From positions 704,001-768,000 of the forward strand of contig CAVXYC010000020.1 of NCBI GenBank assembly GCA_963765765.1: DNA of 64,000 nt, given 5' to 3'. The notes below the pieces were generated by a model that saw only the letters and a program-made list of their open reading frames with translations, searched no databases and had not been told where the DNA came from. Position 1 is the stretch's first letter. Every line of letters begins with the position of its first letter. Positions 32,698 through 42,547 of the stretch are shown here, piece after piece. A program made the translations under genes and the position numbers. The DNA is from an uncultured Chloroflexia bacterium. Lineage in GTDB: Bacteria > Chloroflexota > UBA6077 > JACCZL01.

Positions 32698-33507
32698 TTA
32701 ATCCACCGAATCGCTCTGCCCGTTTCCCTTGCCAGTAATCTTGCGCCAGGCCCACACCACCGGATCGTGAAACTCCGTCACGACTCGCTCCTTGAGCGGA
32801 ATGATGGCGTTGTCGGTGATGTGGATATGCTCCGGGCACACCTCAGTACAACACTTGGTGATGTTGCACAGGCCCAGTCCCGCCTGTTCCTTCAAAAGCG
32901 TGCGACGATCGTTTGTATCCAGCGGATGCATCTCCAGGGCGGCTAACCGCACAAAAAGTCGTGGCCCGGCGAATGCAGGCTTATTCTCATCGTGATCGCG
33001 AATGACGTGGCAGACGTTCTGGCACAGAAAGCACTCGATGCATTTGTGAAACTCCTGCCCTCGATCCACCTCCTCCTGATACATTCGTCGGGTCCCATCA
33101 GACTCCTTGGGCTTTGGCCGAAAGGCCGGAACCGACTTTGCCTTCTCAAAGTTAAAGGACACGTCCGTGACGAGGTCCTTGATGCGTGGAAAGGTTTTCA
33201 ATGGCGCAACGGTGATCGTTTCACCCGGCTCAAAGATGTCCATGCGCGTCATACACATGAGTCGTGGCCGGCCATTGACCTCAGCGCTACAGGACCCACA
33301 CCGCCCCGCCTTGCAATTCCAACGCACCGCCAGATCGGGGACCTGCGTTGCCTGGAGCCGATGAATGACGTCAAGAACCACCATCCCTTCACCGGACTCG
33401 ACGTCGTATTCCTCTAATTTTCCGCCCTGGCTATCTCCTCGCCAGACCTGCAAGTGAAAGGTCGTCCCCGTGGATTGCGCAGTGCTGGACTCGACGCTGG
33501 TGGCCAT
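32698..33507 (-). CDS. sdhB: Succinate dehydrogenase Fe-S subunit (operon 2, Rv0247c-like)
   Basis: RWNCKAGRCGSC, CIECFLCQNVCH, CNITKCCTEVCPE. Confidence 0.93.
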   Translation of the reverse strand: MATSVESSTAQSTGTTFHLQVWRGDSQGGKLEEYDVESGEGMVVLDVIHRLQATQVPDLAVRWNCKAGRCGSCSAEVNGRPRLMCMTRMDIFEPGETITVAPLKTFPRIKDLVTDVSFNFEKAKSVPAFRPKPKESDGTRRMYQEEVDRGQEFHKCIECFLCQNVCHVIRDHDENKPAFAGPRLFVRLAALEMHPLDTNDRRTLLKEQAGLGLCNITKCCTEVCPEHIHITDNAIIPLKERVVTEFHDPVVWAWRKITGKGNGQSDSVD

Positions 33508-35310
33508 CAGATGCTCTCCTCACAAATCTTGCGTAGCTCGTCGGGCATCTCCGGAAGAGGCTCCGGCGCCACGGTCATATCCCCGTGCAATCGTCGAGTT
33601 ACAAGATTGATCGAACCGAAGCGAGGATCGGTGCTCGGGTAATCATCTCGCGTGTGCCCGCCTCGGCTCTCTTTGCGCTCGATAGCCGAGCGCGTCACCG
33701 CTTCCGCGGCCGTCAACATGCAATCCAGGTCCATAGCCATATGCCAGCCGGGGTTGTACTGACGGTTCCCCGTCACGCTCACTTCTTCCAGCCGCAAACG
33801 CAGACGATCGATAACGTCCATTGCCTGATCGAGCTCCGAGGCGGTTCGAATGATGCCGACCAGGTTGTGCATGCAGTTCTCGAGATCGGCATGAATCGAG
33901 TATGGGTTCTCGCCGCCCGATTTCCCGAAGGGTGCCTCCATACGATGCGCCATGGATTCCAGCTCCTCCGGATTCACTGATGGAGATCCAGTCGCGGATC
34001 GTGCGTATTCCGCGGCGCCGATTCCCGCGCGGCGACCAAAGACCAGCAAGTCCGATAGCGAGTTCCCACCCAGTCTATTGGCACCGTGAAGCCCGGCCGC
34101 TGACTCGCCTGCTGCGAAGAGTCCGGGTACGGTGGTGGCAGCAGTTTCCGCGTCCACTCTCAAGCCGCCCATGTGGTAATGGCACGTCGGCCCCACCTCC
34201 ATGGATTCTTTGGTGATGTCAACGCCAGCGAGCTCCATGAACTGGTGGTACATGGACGGCAGTCGGCGGCGAATGTCATCGGCTGGCAGACGAGTAGCGA
34301 TGTCCAGAAAGACACCCCCATGCGGCGAGCCTCGGCCCGCCTTGACCTCGGCGTTGATGGCCCGTGCAACCTCGTCTCGCGGGAGCAGATCGGGCGTTCG
34401 GCGCCTCGTCTTGTCCTTGTACCAGGCATCTGCTTCTTCTTCCGTATCAGCCGTCTCCGCTCGGAAGAACTCGGGAATGTAGTCAAACATGAAACGGCGG
34501 CCGCTCGTGTTACGCAGCGTCCCGCCATCGCCGCGCACACCCTCCGTGACCAGAATTCCGCGCACGCTCGGCGGCCAGACCATCCCTGTGGGGTGAAACT
34601 GAACCATCTCCATGTCAATGAGGTCCGCACCCGCGTCCAGGGCCATGCTCAGACCGTCACCTGTGTATTCCCATGAGTTGGAAGTGACCTGGTAGATCTT
34701 GCCAAGCCCTCCAGTGGCGAGCACCGCCGCTTTAGTTTTGAAGAGGACGAACTTACCGCTTTCGCGCCAGTAGCCGAATGCACCGGAGATACGGTCGCCG
34801 TCCTTGAGGAGACGGTGAATCGTGCACTCCATAAAGACATCGATGCCCTTGTGCACCGCATGCTGCTGGAGCGTGCGAATCATCTCAAGGCCAGTGCGGT
34901 CACCCACGTGCGCTAGGCGCGCGTACCTGTGTCCGCCGAAATCACGCTGCAAGATGAGTCCGTCATGCGTACGGTCAAAAAGAGCGCCCCACTCCTCGAG
35001 CTCCAGGACACGATCCGGCGATTCCTGGGCATGAATCTGAGCCATTCGCCAGTTGTTCAGGAACTTGCCGCCACGCATCGTGTCGCGGAAGTGAACCTTC
35101 CAGTTGTCCTCCGGCCAAACATTTCCGAGAGCTGCCGCTATCCCACCCTCGGCCATGACCGTATGAGCTTTGCCGAGCAGTGATTTGCACACCAGTGCAG
35201 TCTTCGCGCCCTGAGCCGAGGCTTCGATCGCGGCAGCGCAGCCCGGCGCCTCCAGCACCAATGATCACGACGTCGTATTCGTGCGTCTCGTAGCGGTCTT
35301 CGATTGCCAT
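33507..35310 (-). CDS. sdhA: Succinate dehydrogenase flavoprotein (operon 2, Rv0248c-like), frameshift near 35235
   Basis: MAIEDRYETHEYDVVIIGAGGAGLR, then after one extra base AAIEA...KAHTVMAEGG, QFHPTG, TEGVRGDGG, HGANRLGGNSL. Confidence 0.92.
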
Positions 35311-36098
35311 CAGAACACCAGCCTCGGGTCCTGGATGACCCCCATCGCTAGGAGGCGAACGTAGACATCGGTTAGCGCGACACCAAATAAGCTGATCCAC
35401 GCAAAAAGCGGATGGCGCTCATTGAGTCGGCTCAGCGTGTGCCAGAGTCGGAACCGCTTGGGCGCCTGGCGAAATGTGTCGAGATAACCCCCGCAGAAAT
35501 GACGACAGGAGTGACAGGAGAGCGTGTACAGCGACAGCAGCGTGGCGTTGGCAATAAGGATAATCGTGCCTAGTCCAATGCCGAATCCCGTAGGGAATCT
35601 GAAGGCCATGAGGGCATCCCACCAGAGAAACAGCACGACCACAGCAGACAGGTAGAAGAAGTAGCGGTGCAAGTTCTGGAGGAGAAACGGGAAGCGGGTT
35701 TCGCCCGAGTAATGACGACTCGCGTCCGGGATGCCGCAGGCGGGCGGCGACCAAAAAAACGAGCGATAGTAGGCCTTGCGATAGTAATAGCAGGTGGCCC
35801 GAAATCCGAGCGGAATACCGAGAATGAGGAATGCTGGCGACAGGTTCCACCAACTGCCCACGAGTGGCAGTGTTACGTGAGTACAGTTCGCCGCCAGGCA
35901 GGGCGAATAGAACGGTGAAAGATAGGGAGCAAAATAGTAATTAGCATTCTGGAGCGCCGCCCACAGGGAGTAGACTCCAAAACTTCCAAGGACTATCACC
36001 ACGATGAGCGGTTCAACCCACCAGGCGTCTCGCCGACGCCACTGCGCTTGAGCGGTAGGTGGCTGATCAGGATGGACAGCGTCCGGGACAGCGATCAT
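35310..36098 (-). CDS. Membrane anchor of actinobacterial-type (Rv0249c-like) SDH
   Basis: FRATCYYYRKAYYRSFF, QNLHRYF, YTLSCHSCRH, LNERH..FAW; stop overlaps the sdhA start. Confidence 0.85.
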   Translation of the reverse strand: MIAVPDAVHPDQPPTAQAQWRRRDAWWVEPLIVVIVLGSFGVYSLWAALQNANYYFAPYLSPFYSPCLAANCTHVTLPLVGSWWNLSPAFLILGIPLGFRATCYYYRKAYYRSFFWSPPACGIPDASRHYSGETRFPFLLQNLHRYFFYLSAVVVLFLWWDALMAFRFPTGFGIGLGTIILIANATLLSLYTLSCHSCRHFCGGYLDTFRQAPKRFRLWHTLSRLNERHPLFAWISLFGVALTDVYVRLLAMGVIQDPRLVF

Positions 36099-36225
36099 TG
36101 GTCTCCCTTTACCTTGAGAGCGACCGAGCATCCGCTCGATCTCGACTAGCTCATACCATTCCCTGTGTACTCGGGTATCTCCGGATTTCTCCTTTCATGG
36201 AGTGCCGCGAGGGGCGTCGAAGCGT

Positions 36226-36729
36226 TCAGGCATCGCCGTATGGCTCAATGCGGTCATTAGAGGCAGGAACAACTTGGCGATGGCGCTGGGTCAGTCTGAC
36301 GCACGCGTTCCAGCGAAGGAGGGTGTCGTCGTTGCCTTCTGGGCGAATGCGCTCCGCCTGGTCGTAAAGATTGAGGGCTTCTTCGATGAGCGTATGGGCT
36401 GCGACGCCGGCATTTGCGCGCCCGGCCCCCAGGACCGCTTTTGCGCGCCGCTCACAGATTAGCGCCGCGTAGTACGTCCGCTCATACTCATCGCGGATTC
36501 GCGATAAGAGCTCGCGTGCGCGCGCCACGCTACCGCTCAGATCACCATCGAACTGGTCGGTGATAGAGAGCAGTCCACCTACAAGAGCGTCCTGATTGTC
36601 CGGGTCAACCTGCAGGACGTCTAGATAGATACTCTCGGCTTCCCATGGCTGGTTGAGAAGCCGGTAGCGTTCAGCCTTACCGAGTGCTCCCGGAATCGCC
36701 TCGCGGGTCAGCAACTTGAGATCGAACAT
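36226..36729 (-). CDS. Hypothetical helical (TPR-like) protein upstream of SDH operon 2
   Basis: 167-aa ORF with AAGGAGG RBS; KAERYRLLN.P.EAESI.LDVL..DPDNQ. Confidence 0.75.
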   Translation of the reverse strand: MFDLKLLTREAIPGALGKAERYRLLNQPWEAESIYLDVLQVDPDNQDALVGGLLSITDQFDGDLSGSVARARELLSRIRDEYERTYYAALICERRAKAVLGAGRANAGVAAHTLIEEALNLYDQAERIRPEGNDDTLLRWNACVRLTQRHRQVVPASNDRIEPYGDA

Positions 36730-36962
36730 GATGCTGCCTCCTTGCCGTCAAGCCCAAGCTCTTAGAGGTAGGACACGCATTGTGATCGCGACGCTCGAAT
36801 TCCCGATCGAGCTGGCTAGCCCTTGCCCACAACGTCATCCCTCGAATAGAGAAATTTTCGATGGATGACCTGGGTAGGATTGAGGCGTAGCGTACCACGA
36901 TATCGGCCATAGGCGGAGTTCAGTCCACGCAGACCATATTTGATGGTCGCTACAATTCATTC

Positions 36963-37394
36963 ATGATCCATGAGACGCGTCTCGTCTGCGGTGCCTGCGG
37001 TAATCGAGAGCTCGTCGTCGCGGGCGAGAAAGCAGCCTGCAGCCAATGCGGCGGCACTTTGCGCAAGCCGGGCCCGCTGGAACGCATCGTGGATGGACTC
37101 TTGGCGCCTACCGGACACGTCGCGCCGGCCTATCACCGACACCTGCAGCTTGTTCAAGAATTGTGGACAGTCGATGGTCGTGACCAGGAGCTCTACGCCA
37201 CGCTACGACCCAAAATGTCCCTCGGCAAATTCAGTAGTCTGGTGACCGAGCTTGTCGTTCGGGGCATCGAAGAAGGCTGGATCGAGCTCCACCTACCGGT
37301 GGCGCCAGTGAACGATGAGACGGCGTACTGGATTGAGTTCCGTGACCCCGATCGATTCGCTGATGAGATCGCGCTCATGTTTCCTGCCCGCTGA
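36963..37394 (+). CDS. Hypothetical protein with N-terminal Zn ribbon
   Basis: CGAC...CSQC; TACAAT just upstream. Confidence 0.65.
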   Translation: MIHETRLVCGACGNRELVVAGEKAACSQCGGTLRKPGPLERIVDGLLAPTGHVAPAYHRHLQLVQELWTVDGRDQELYATLRPKMSLGKFSSLVTELVVRGIEEGWIELHLPVAPVNDETAYWIEFRDPDRFADEIALMFPAR

Positions 37395-37937
37395 TTCCCC
37401 CGACTGTCCGACTCACATCCGCTCAACCGCTACGGCCCGACACCTAAACCGCGCCGCAACGTTGCGCTCACGCTGCTGGGCATGTCCGGTCATCGAGCAG
37501 ACCGGCGCGACGACCATGAGCAGCTTGATACTTATCTTGGGATAGCCCTTCTCGAGCTGAAGTACTACGCGGAATCGCCAGACTCACGATCGCGGATCTG
37601 GAGCGAGCCTTGAGTGCGCTGCGTTAAGCGCTGGTGTACGCCGCTCGCATCGCCCATCACCTATCGGACTCTCGCAACGACGCTGGGAATGAAGCTTTGG
37701 TGCAATGAGCCCACGCTCGCGTCGCGGATCAGAATCGACAATCCGCGGTGCACGGATCACTGAACGAGCTCATTAGACTGGCGCCGCTCAGGTCGGCCAA
37801 TACGGACGCCAGAAATAACTGAGCGCTGGCAACACGCGATCAGGAATTCATTGGTGTGGTCTGGCGTTATGGCTCCTGACGGATCAACGAGCCGGTTGGT
37901 TGGCACACGCTGACTGGCGTATCATTACCGAACGTTC

Positions 37938-38011
37938 GGGCAGATAGCTCAGTTGGTTAGAGCGCCACGTTGACATCGTGGAGGTCGGAGGTTCGAGTCC
38001 TCTTCTGCCCA
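37938..38011 (+). tRNA. tRNA-Val(GAC)
   Basis: Acceptor GGGCAGA/TCTGCCC, D-arm TAGCTCAGTTGGTTAGAGC, anticodon arm CCACG-TTGACAT-CGTGG, GTTCGAG T-loop. Confidence 0.97.
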
Positions 38012-38039
38012 CCCAACATGGTTCTTAGTTGAGCAGAGC

Positions 38040-38075
38040 GAGCCCTTCGCCTTGATGCGAGGGGCTTTGTGTTTG
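38040..38075 (+). terminator. Putative intrinsic terminator after tRNA-Val
   Basis: gagcccttcgc-cttgat-gcgaggggctt hairpin followed by tgtgttt. Confidence 0.55.
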
Positions 38076-38222
38076 AGCGTTAGAGCCAGCTACGGCATCG
38101 AATCTGCGGAGTTTATTCTGAACTCGAATATGGCTCACCAAGTGACGCGTGTCGCTGAAGGGACTGAAGCCCAGACGCGTCGCGACCGATTATTCTGTAT
38201 CAGTGCGTCAGACGGCCTAGTC

Positions 38223-38251
38223 TTGACACTGGCCGGGGGCGTTCCTATACT
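38223..38251 (+). promoter_or_regulatory. Sigma70 promoter of infC
   Basis: TTGACA-N17-TATACT. Confidence 0.85.
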
Positions 38252-38282
38252 GCCAACAAGGCATCGTCAAAGGAGCTCGTAG

Positions 38283-38846
38283 ATTAGCAAAGATTTCCGC
38301 GTGAATGACCGAATCCGTGTGCGCGAGGTTCGAGTCATCGATGAGAACGGCGAGCAACTCGGCGTTCTTCAAACCCCGCAAGCCCTCCAGATCGCGCGCG
38401 AACGAAACGTTGACCTCGTTGAGGTCGCCCCGAATAGCGTCCCGCCTGTGTGTCGCCTGCTTGATTACGGAAAGTTCAAGTACGAGCAGACCAAAAAGGA
38501 CCGGGAAGCCAAGAAGCATCAGCACCTAACTGAGCTCAAAGAAGTGCGTCTTCGCCCCAAAATTGACGACCACGACTTTGACACCAAGCTCAAACGCGCT
38601 CAGCGCTTCCTCGATGAAGGCGACAAGGTCAAAGTCACAGTTCAATTCCGTGGTCGTGAGATGGCTCACCCGAAAATCGGCCACGATCTCCTGGTCAAAT
38701 TCGCTGATCTACTCAAGGACTACGCGAAGGTCGAACGCGCGCCCATGTCAGAAGGTCGCACAATGCACCTCATTCTTACACGCGGACGCGAAGGACGCGC
38801 TGAGCGTCCCGACGAAGCAGAAGTGCCCGTCTCAGTAAGCAGTTAA
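38283..38846 (+). CDS. infC: Translation initiation factor IF-3 (ATT start)
   Basis: NDRIRVREVRVID, DLVEVAP, DYGKFKYE, FRGRE; in-frame ATT at 38283, 7 nt after AAGGAG. Confidence 0.96.
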   Translation: MSKDFRVNDRIRVREVRVIDENGEQLGVLQTPQALQIARERNVDLVEVAPNSVPPVCRLLDYGKFKYEQTKKDREAKKHQHLTELKEVRLRPKIDDHDFDTKLKRAQRFLDEGDKVKVTVQFRGREMAHPKIGHDLLVKFADLLKDYAKVERAPMSEGRTMHLILTRGREGRAERPDEAEVPVSVSS

Positions 38847-38996
38847 TCTCACTCCTCACTGCTACGCTTCCCAATCTGAGCTTTCGTTAAGGACTCAGAC
38901 AGCTTTAGGCGCGCCTCTTGCAGGGCACACCTGCGCCGTTTTTATACGAGGTTGGCGCGTATTCCGCGTGCTAGAATCGCCGGCTGGTACCGAGTC

Positions 38997-40379
38997 ATGG
39001 TTCACGCATTTCCTGAGCTGCTCCGCGCAGCGCCCATCACCGCTCTGCGCGACTGCTTCGCGGCAGAAGGACGTGCCCTCTACCTGGTTGGTGGGCCGGT
39101 GCGCGACGCGCTCCTTGGGCGCAAGGTCGCGGACCTTGACTTCGCCACCGACGCAACGCCGCCAACCATAAAGTCGCTGCTCCGTAAGGCTGGCGCTCAG
39201 AGCATCTACGCCGTCGGGGAGAAGTTCGGCACGATCGGTGGCATCTTCGAGACGAGCACGGTGGAGATTACAACCTACCGGTCTGAAGCTTATTCAGAAG
39301 GATCTCGCAAACCCTCCGTCGAGTTCGGCACATCTTTGCAAGGTGATCTTGCTCGGCGGGACCTCACGATTAACGCTATGGCGCTAGACCTTCATACTGG
39401 CGAGGTCATCGACCCATATCGCGGTCAAGCGGACCTTGCGGAACGCATCGTTCGGGCCGTGGGGACCGCGGCTGAGCGGTTTCTCGAAGACCCTTTGCGC
39501 CTCATGCGCGCGGTGCGGTTCAGCGCGCAACTCGCATTCGAGATAGCCCCGGACACAGCGAGGGCAATCCGCGATGTATCGCCGTCTCTTGCGACCATTA
39601 GCCGTGAGCGGGTCGCTCAGGAGATGAATCGGATCCTGACTAGCGACCAGCCCGCTTACGGTATTCGCCTGCTTTGCGATCTGGGCTTGATGGAATACGC
39701 GGTCCCCGAGATTCTGGTAATGCGGGGCACGAAGAATGACAGTCTCCAGCACAAAGACGTCTTTGAGCACACGTTGGTGGTGACGTCGCGCGTGCCGACC
39801 GACCTTCACCTTCGCTGGGCAGCGCTTCTGCACGACATTGCAAAGCCTCGGACCCTCACGGTGGATCGTGGCCAAGTGCACTTCTACGGCCACGATCGCG
39901 TGGGCGAGAAGATGACGCGACGCATCCTAGGTCCATCCGGACTGAAGTACGACCGTGAGACGGTGGATAAGGTGGGTCGACTCGTGGGCTTGCACCTTCG
40001 TCCAAACGGTTACGAGAGCGATTGGACGGACGGCGCAGTGCGCCGATTCATGCGCGAGGCCGGTCCGCTCCTGCCAGATTTGCTGACACTTTCACGGGCC
40101 GACGTGACCAGCCGCAAGAAAGAGCGCTTCGAAGCGGCTCAGCGTCGTGTGGCGGAGCTCGAAAGGCGCTGCGCGGATCTCGCGGCCGAAGCCGAGGTGG
40201 CCAAGCTAAGCAGTCCGCTGGATGGGCTCGAGCTGATGTCCATGTTTGATCGGCCGCCGGGGAAGTGGATCGGCGAGATCAAGGACCATCTGCTCGAGCT
40301 CGTCCTGGATGGCGACTTAGGCATGGACGACAAAGATCGAGCCGCCGAGATAGCACGCGAGCTCGTCGCCAAACTTTAG
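38997..40379 (+). CDS. cca: CCA tRNA nucleotidyltransferase with HD domain
   Basis: LVGGPVRD, DLDF, DLARRDLTINAMA, EDPLRLMRAVRF, LLHDIAKP. Confidence 0.92.
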   Translation: MVHAFPELLRAAPITALRDCFAAEGRALYLVGGPVRDALLGRKVADLDFATDATPPTIKSLLRKAGAQSIYAVGEKFGTIGGIFETSTVEITTYRSEAYSEGSRKPSVEFGTSLQGDLARRDLTINAMALDLHTGEVIDPYRGQADLAERIVRAVGTAAERFLEDPLRLMRAVRFSAQLAFEIAPDTARAIRDVSPSLATISRERVAQEMNRILTSDQPAYGIRLLCDLGLMEYAVPEILVMRGTKNDSLQHKDVFEHTLVVTSRVPTDLHLRWAALLHDIAKPRTLTVDRGQVHFYGHDRVGEKMTRRILGPSGLKYDRETVDKVGRLVGLHLRPNGYESDWTDGAVRRFMREAGPLLPDLLTLSRADVTSRKKERFEAAQRRVAELERRCADLAAEAEVAKLSSPLDGLELMSMFDRPPGKWIGEIKDHLLELVLDGDLGMDDKDRAAEIARELVAKL

Positions 40380-40444
40380 AGCGCCACTAAGCTAACTTTG
40401 ATCGCGGCGGTCGTCGCCGCTTACTCGCGCTACTGGAAACGGAT

Positions 40445-40481
40445 GGCGGGCGCTCCGCGCTGGTAGAGGCGAGCGCCCGCC
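40445..40481. terminator. Hairpin between convergent cca and LLM genes
   Basis: ggcgggcgctc / gagcgcccgcc inverted repeat; no clear U tract. Confidence 0.45.
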
Positions 40482-40506
40482 GCGGTCCAAATCTTTTCTG
40501 ACCGCG

Positions 40507-41580
40507 CTAGACCTTTAACCTCGGCAGAACATCCTTCGCCAGCAGCTCCATAGAGCGACTGCCAACTTCCGACGGTTCCCAGTCGTACCCCAGCATGATC
40601 AGCGTGCCGAATCCGCCGATATCGTCGTACAAGCGCTGAAGCCGAGCAGCGACTGTCGGTGGATCGCCGACGATCCAGACATTCTCAATGAGGTAGTCCA
40701 CATCGACCTCCTCATCGGACATCTCCGGATCCACTTTGAACACGCTGATACGCCCCGTGCTCCTGACCAGCGGCAGGACGTACTCTCGGAATGCTCGTCC
40801 CAGGGCACCGTCGCGCGCTTCCGCCTCGGCTTGCTCATTGGTCGGAGCAACGTGAATGTCCCGACACACGCGCCAGACCGAGCGGTCCAGCTCTCGGCCC
40901 GCTCGTTTCGCTCCGGCATCGATCACCTGGCCATGATCCACGAGCGCCTTTGAAGTCAGAAAATTGAGGCTCAGAGGGATCCACCCGCGCTCCGAAGCTA
41001 GTCCGAGCGATTCCGATCCTGGAGACACTCCCGCGACGCCGATAGGCGGATGTGGCTGTTGAAATGGTTGAAGATGCAGCCCGAGACCAAAAGGTGTTGT
41101 GCCCGGTACTTTGAAGTGCCAGCGATCCGTCTTCCACTCTCCCGAGGTCGGCCCTGACCAGAGCTCGATCATGGTGTCGATCGCCGCCTCGGTAAGCTGG
41201 CGATGCTCGTCGTTCTCGATATCAATACAAAACAGCTCATGATCGACTTTGAGCCCACCCGGACCGATGCCGAACAGCAGTCGTCCCTCAGCCAGGTGAT
41301 CGAGGTATGCGATGCGATGCGCGAGCTCCAGGGGGTTATGGTGCGGGAGGCACGCCACCCCTGTGCCGAACTTGATCTGAGATGTCTCCCCAAGCGCCCG
41401 CGCGATGAGCAGATCTGGCGCGGGAACACTCTCCCAGACACTGGCATAGTGCTCGCCGATCCAGGCCTCGCTCAGTCCCAGCCGGTCCGCCCGCACAAGC
41501 AGGTCGATGTCGCGCTGAAACGCCTCACGCTTTGGAACCTCTGGCGGGTGCAGCGGCATCGTAAAGAGACCTAGTTTCAT
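40507..41580 (-). CDS. Luciferase-like (LLM) flavin-dependent monooxygenase
   Basis: MKLGLFTMPLHPP, EAWIGEH, FGTGV..LPHHNP, PFQQPHPP. Confidence 0.92.
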   Translation of the reverse strand: MKLGLFTMPLHPPEVPKREAFQRDIDLLVRADRLGLSEAWIGEHYASVWESVPAPDLLIARALGETSQIKFGTGVACLPHHNPLELAHRIAYLDHLAEGRLLFGIGPGGLKVDHELFCIDIENDEHRQLTEAAIDTMIELWSGPTSGEWKTDRWHFKVPGTTPFGLGLHLQPFQQPHPPIGVAGVSPGSESLGLASERGWIPLSLNFLTSKALVDHGQVIDAGAKRAGRELDRSVWRVCRDIHVAPTNEQAEAEARDGALGRAFREYVLPLVRSTGRISVFKVDPEMSDEEVDVDYLIENVWIVGDPPTVAARLQRLYDDIGGFGTLIMLGYDWEPSEVGSRSMELLAKDVLPRLKV

Positions 41581-42401
41581 ACGGAATCCTTTGGAAGCGA
41601 CTGGACGAGCTCCGTCGTGGCCCGCAACGCCCGACGAGCGCGCTCCACGGCGCTGAGGTGATCGAGATTGCGGTCAGGGGCTTCGACACTGAGCGGTGTG
41701 TCATCGGGCAATGCCTGCAGAAGCGGTGCAAGTGGCAGATCACCGGTTCCCGGGTCTAGCCGCCAGTTTAGTGCCTCGTCGCGATACATTGAGACGTCAG
41801 CCGGCGGATCCCCGCGCGCATCGGCGATCTGTATGTATGGAGCAAGTCGAGCTCGATATCGTCGAGCATCGGACGCCGTTCCCCCGGCTCGGGCGAAGTG
41901 CAGTGTATCGATCAGCACGGCGGCGTTCCGTGCACCACATGACTCCACCACACGAGCAGCCTGATCGATCGATTTGACCGCGCTATATCGCGCGAGCTCG
42001 AGGTTCACGGTCACGCCATATGGCGCGGCAAGCTCGCACAGCGCGGCGTACGATGCAGTGCCTCGCGCATCGTTCGGGTCATGGATCATGGCCACCGCGT
42101 GATGTGCGCCGAGTGTGGCCGCGATTTCGAACATCCGCTCGTAGTCAGCGACGATCACTGAAGCGTCCACCCAGATCGCCTCGACATCCAGGACCTGCAA
42201 GCCACTATCGTCCAGGCGCCTGCGCGTCTCCGCAATGAGCGCTGAATCATCCAGCGCATGCTCGGCCAGAGCCCCTGGCGTAGGCGGTGCCATGAGCCGG
42301 AGTCCCACACCCTGAAACCCCGCCTCCGCGGCCGCGGCTACGAGCTCAGCGGTAGAGAGCCGCAGTAGCGTGAGATGAGCGAGCGAGACGATGCGATCCA
42401 C
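41577..42401 (-). CDS. Sugar-phosphate isomerase/epimerase (xylose-isomerase-like TIM barrel)
   Basis: SLAHLT, AGFQGVGLR, VNLE, IDTLHF, QIAD, PGTGDLPL, SVEAP; start uncertain. Confidence 0.85.
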   Translation of the reverse strand: MDRIVSLAHLTLLRLSTAELVAAAAEAGFQGVGLRLMAPPTPGALAEHALDDSALIAETRRRLDDSGLQVLDVEAIWVDASVIVADYERMFEIAATLGAHHAVAMIHDPNDARGTASYAALCELAAPYGVTVNLELARYSAVKSIDQAARVVESCGARNAAVLIDTLHFARAGGTASDARRYRARLAPYIQIADARGDPPADVSMYRDEALNWRLDPGTGDLPLAPLLQALPDDTPLSVEAPDRNLDHLSAVERARRALRATTELVQSLPKDSV

Positions 42402-42547
42402 GAGCAGCAGTGTACATCCCACCGTCCCACGAAGTGGGCTGCACTTTGGATTGCGGCGGTCCTCGCCGCTCTCTACCAGCGCGGAGCGAGTCCGCCATCG
42501 GCTTCAGTCGCGCGAGAAAGCGGCGAAGACTGCCGCAGTCCAAAGTG

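Noticed and set aside
37395-38100. tRNA-Val as an island integration site
   Set aside because: No integrase, and I saw no duplicated tRNA 3' end; housekeeping genes follow. The 540-bp upstream spacer showed nothing I could support.
38283-38285. Non-canonical ATT start of infC
   Set aside because: Real but well-known IF-3 autoregulation, so not novel.
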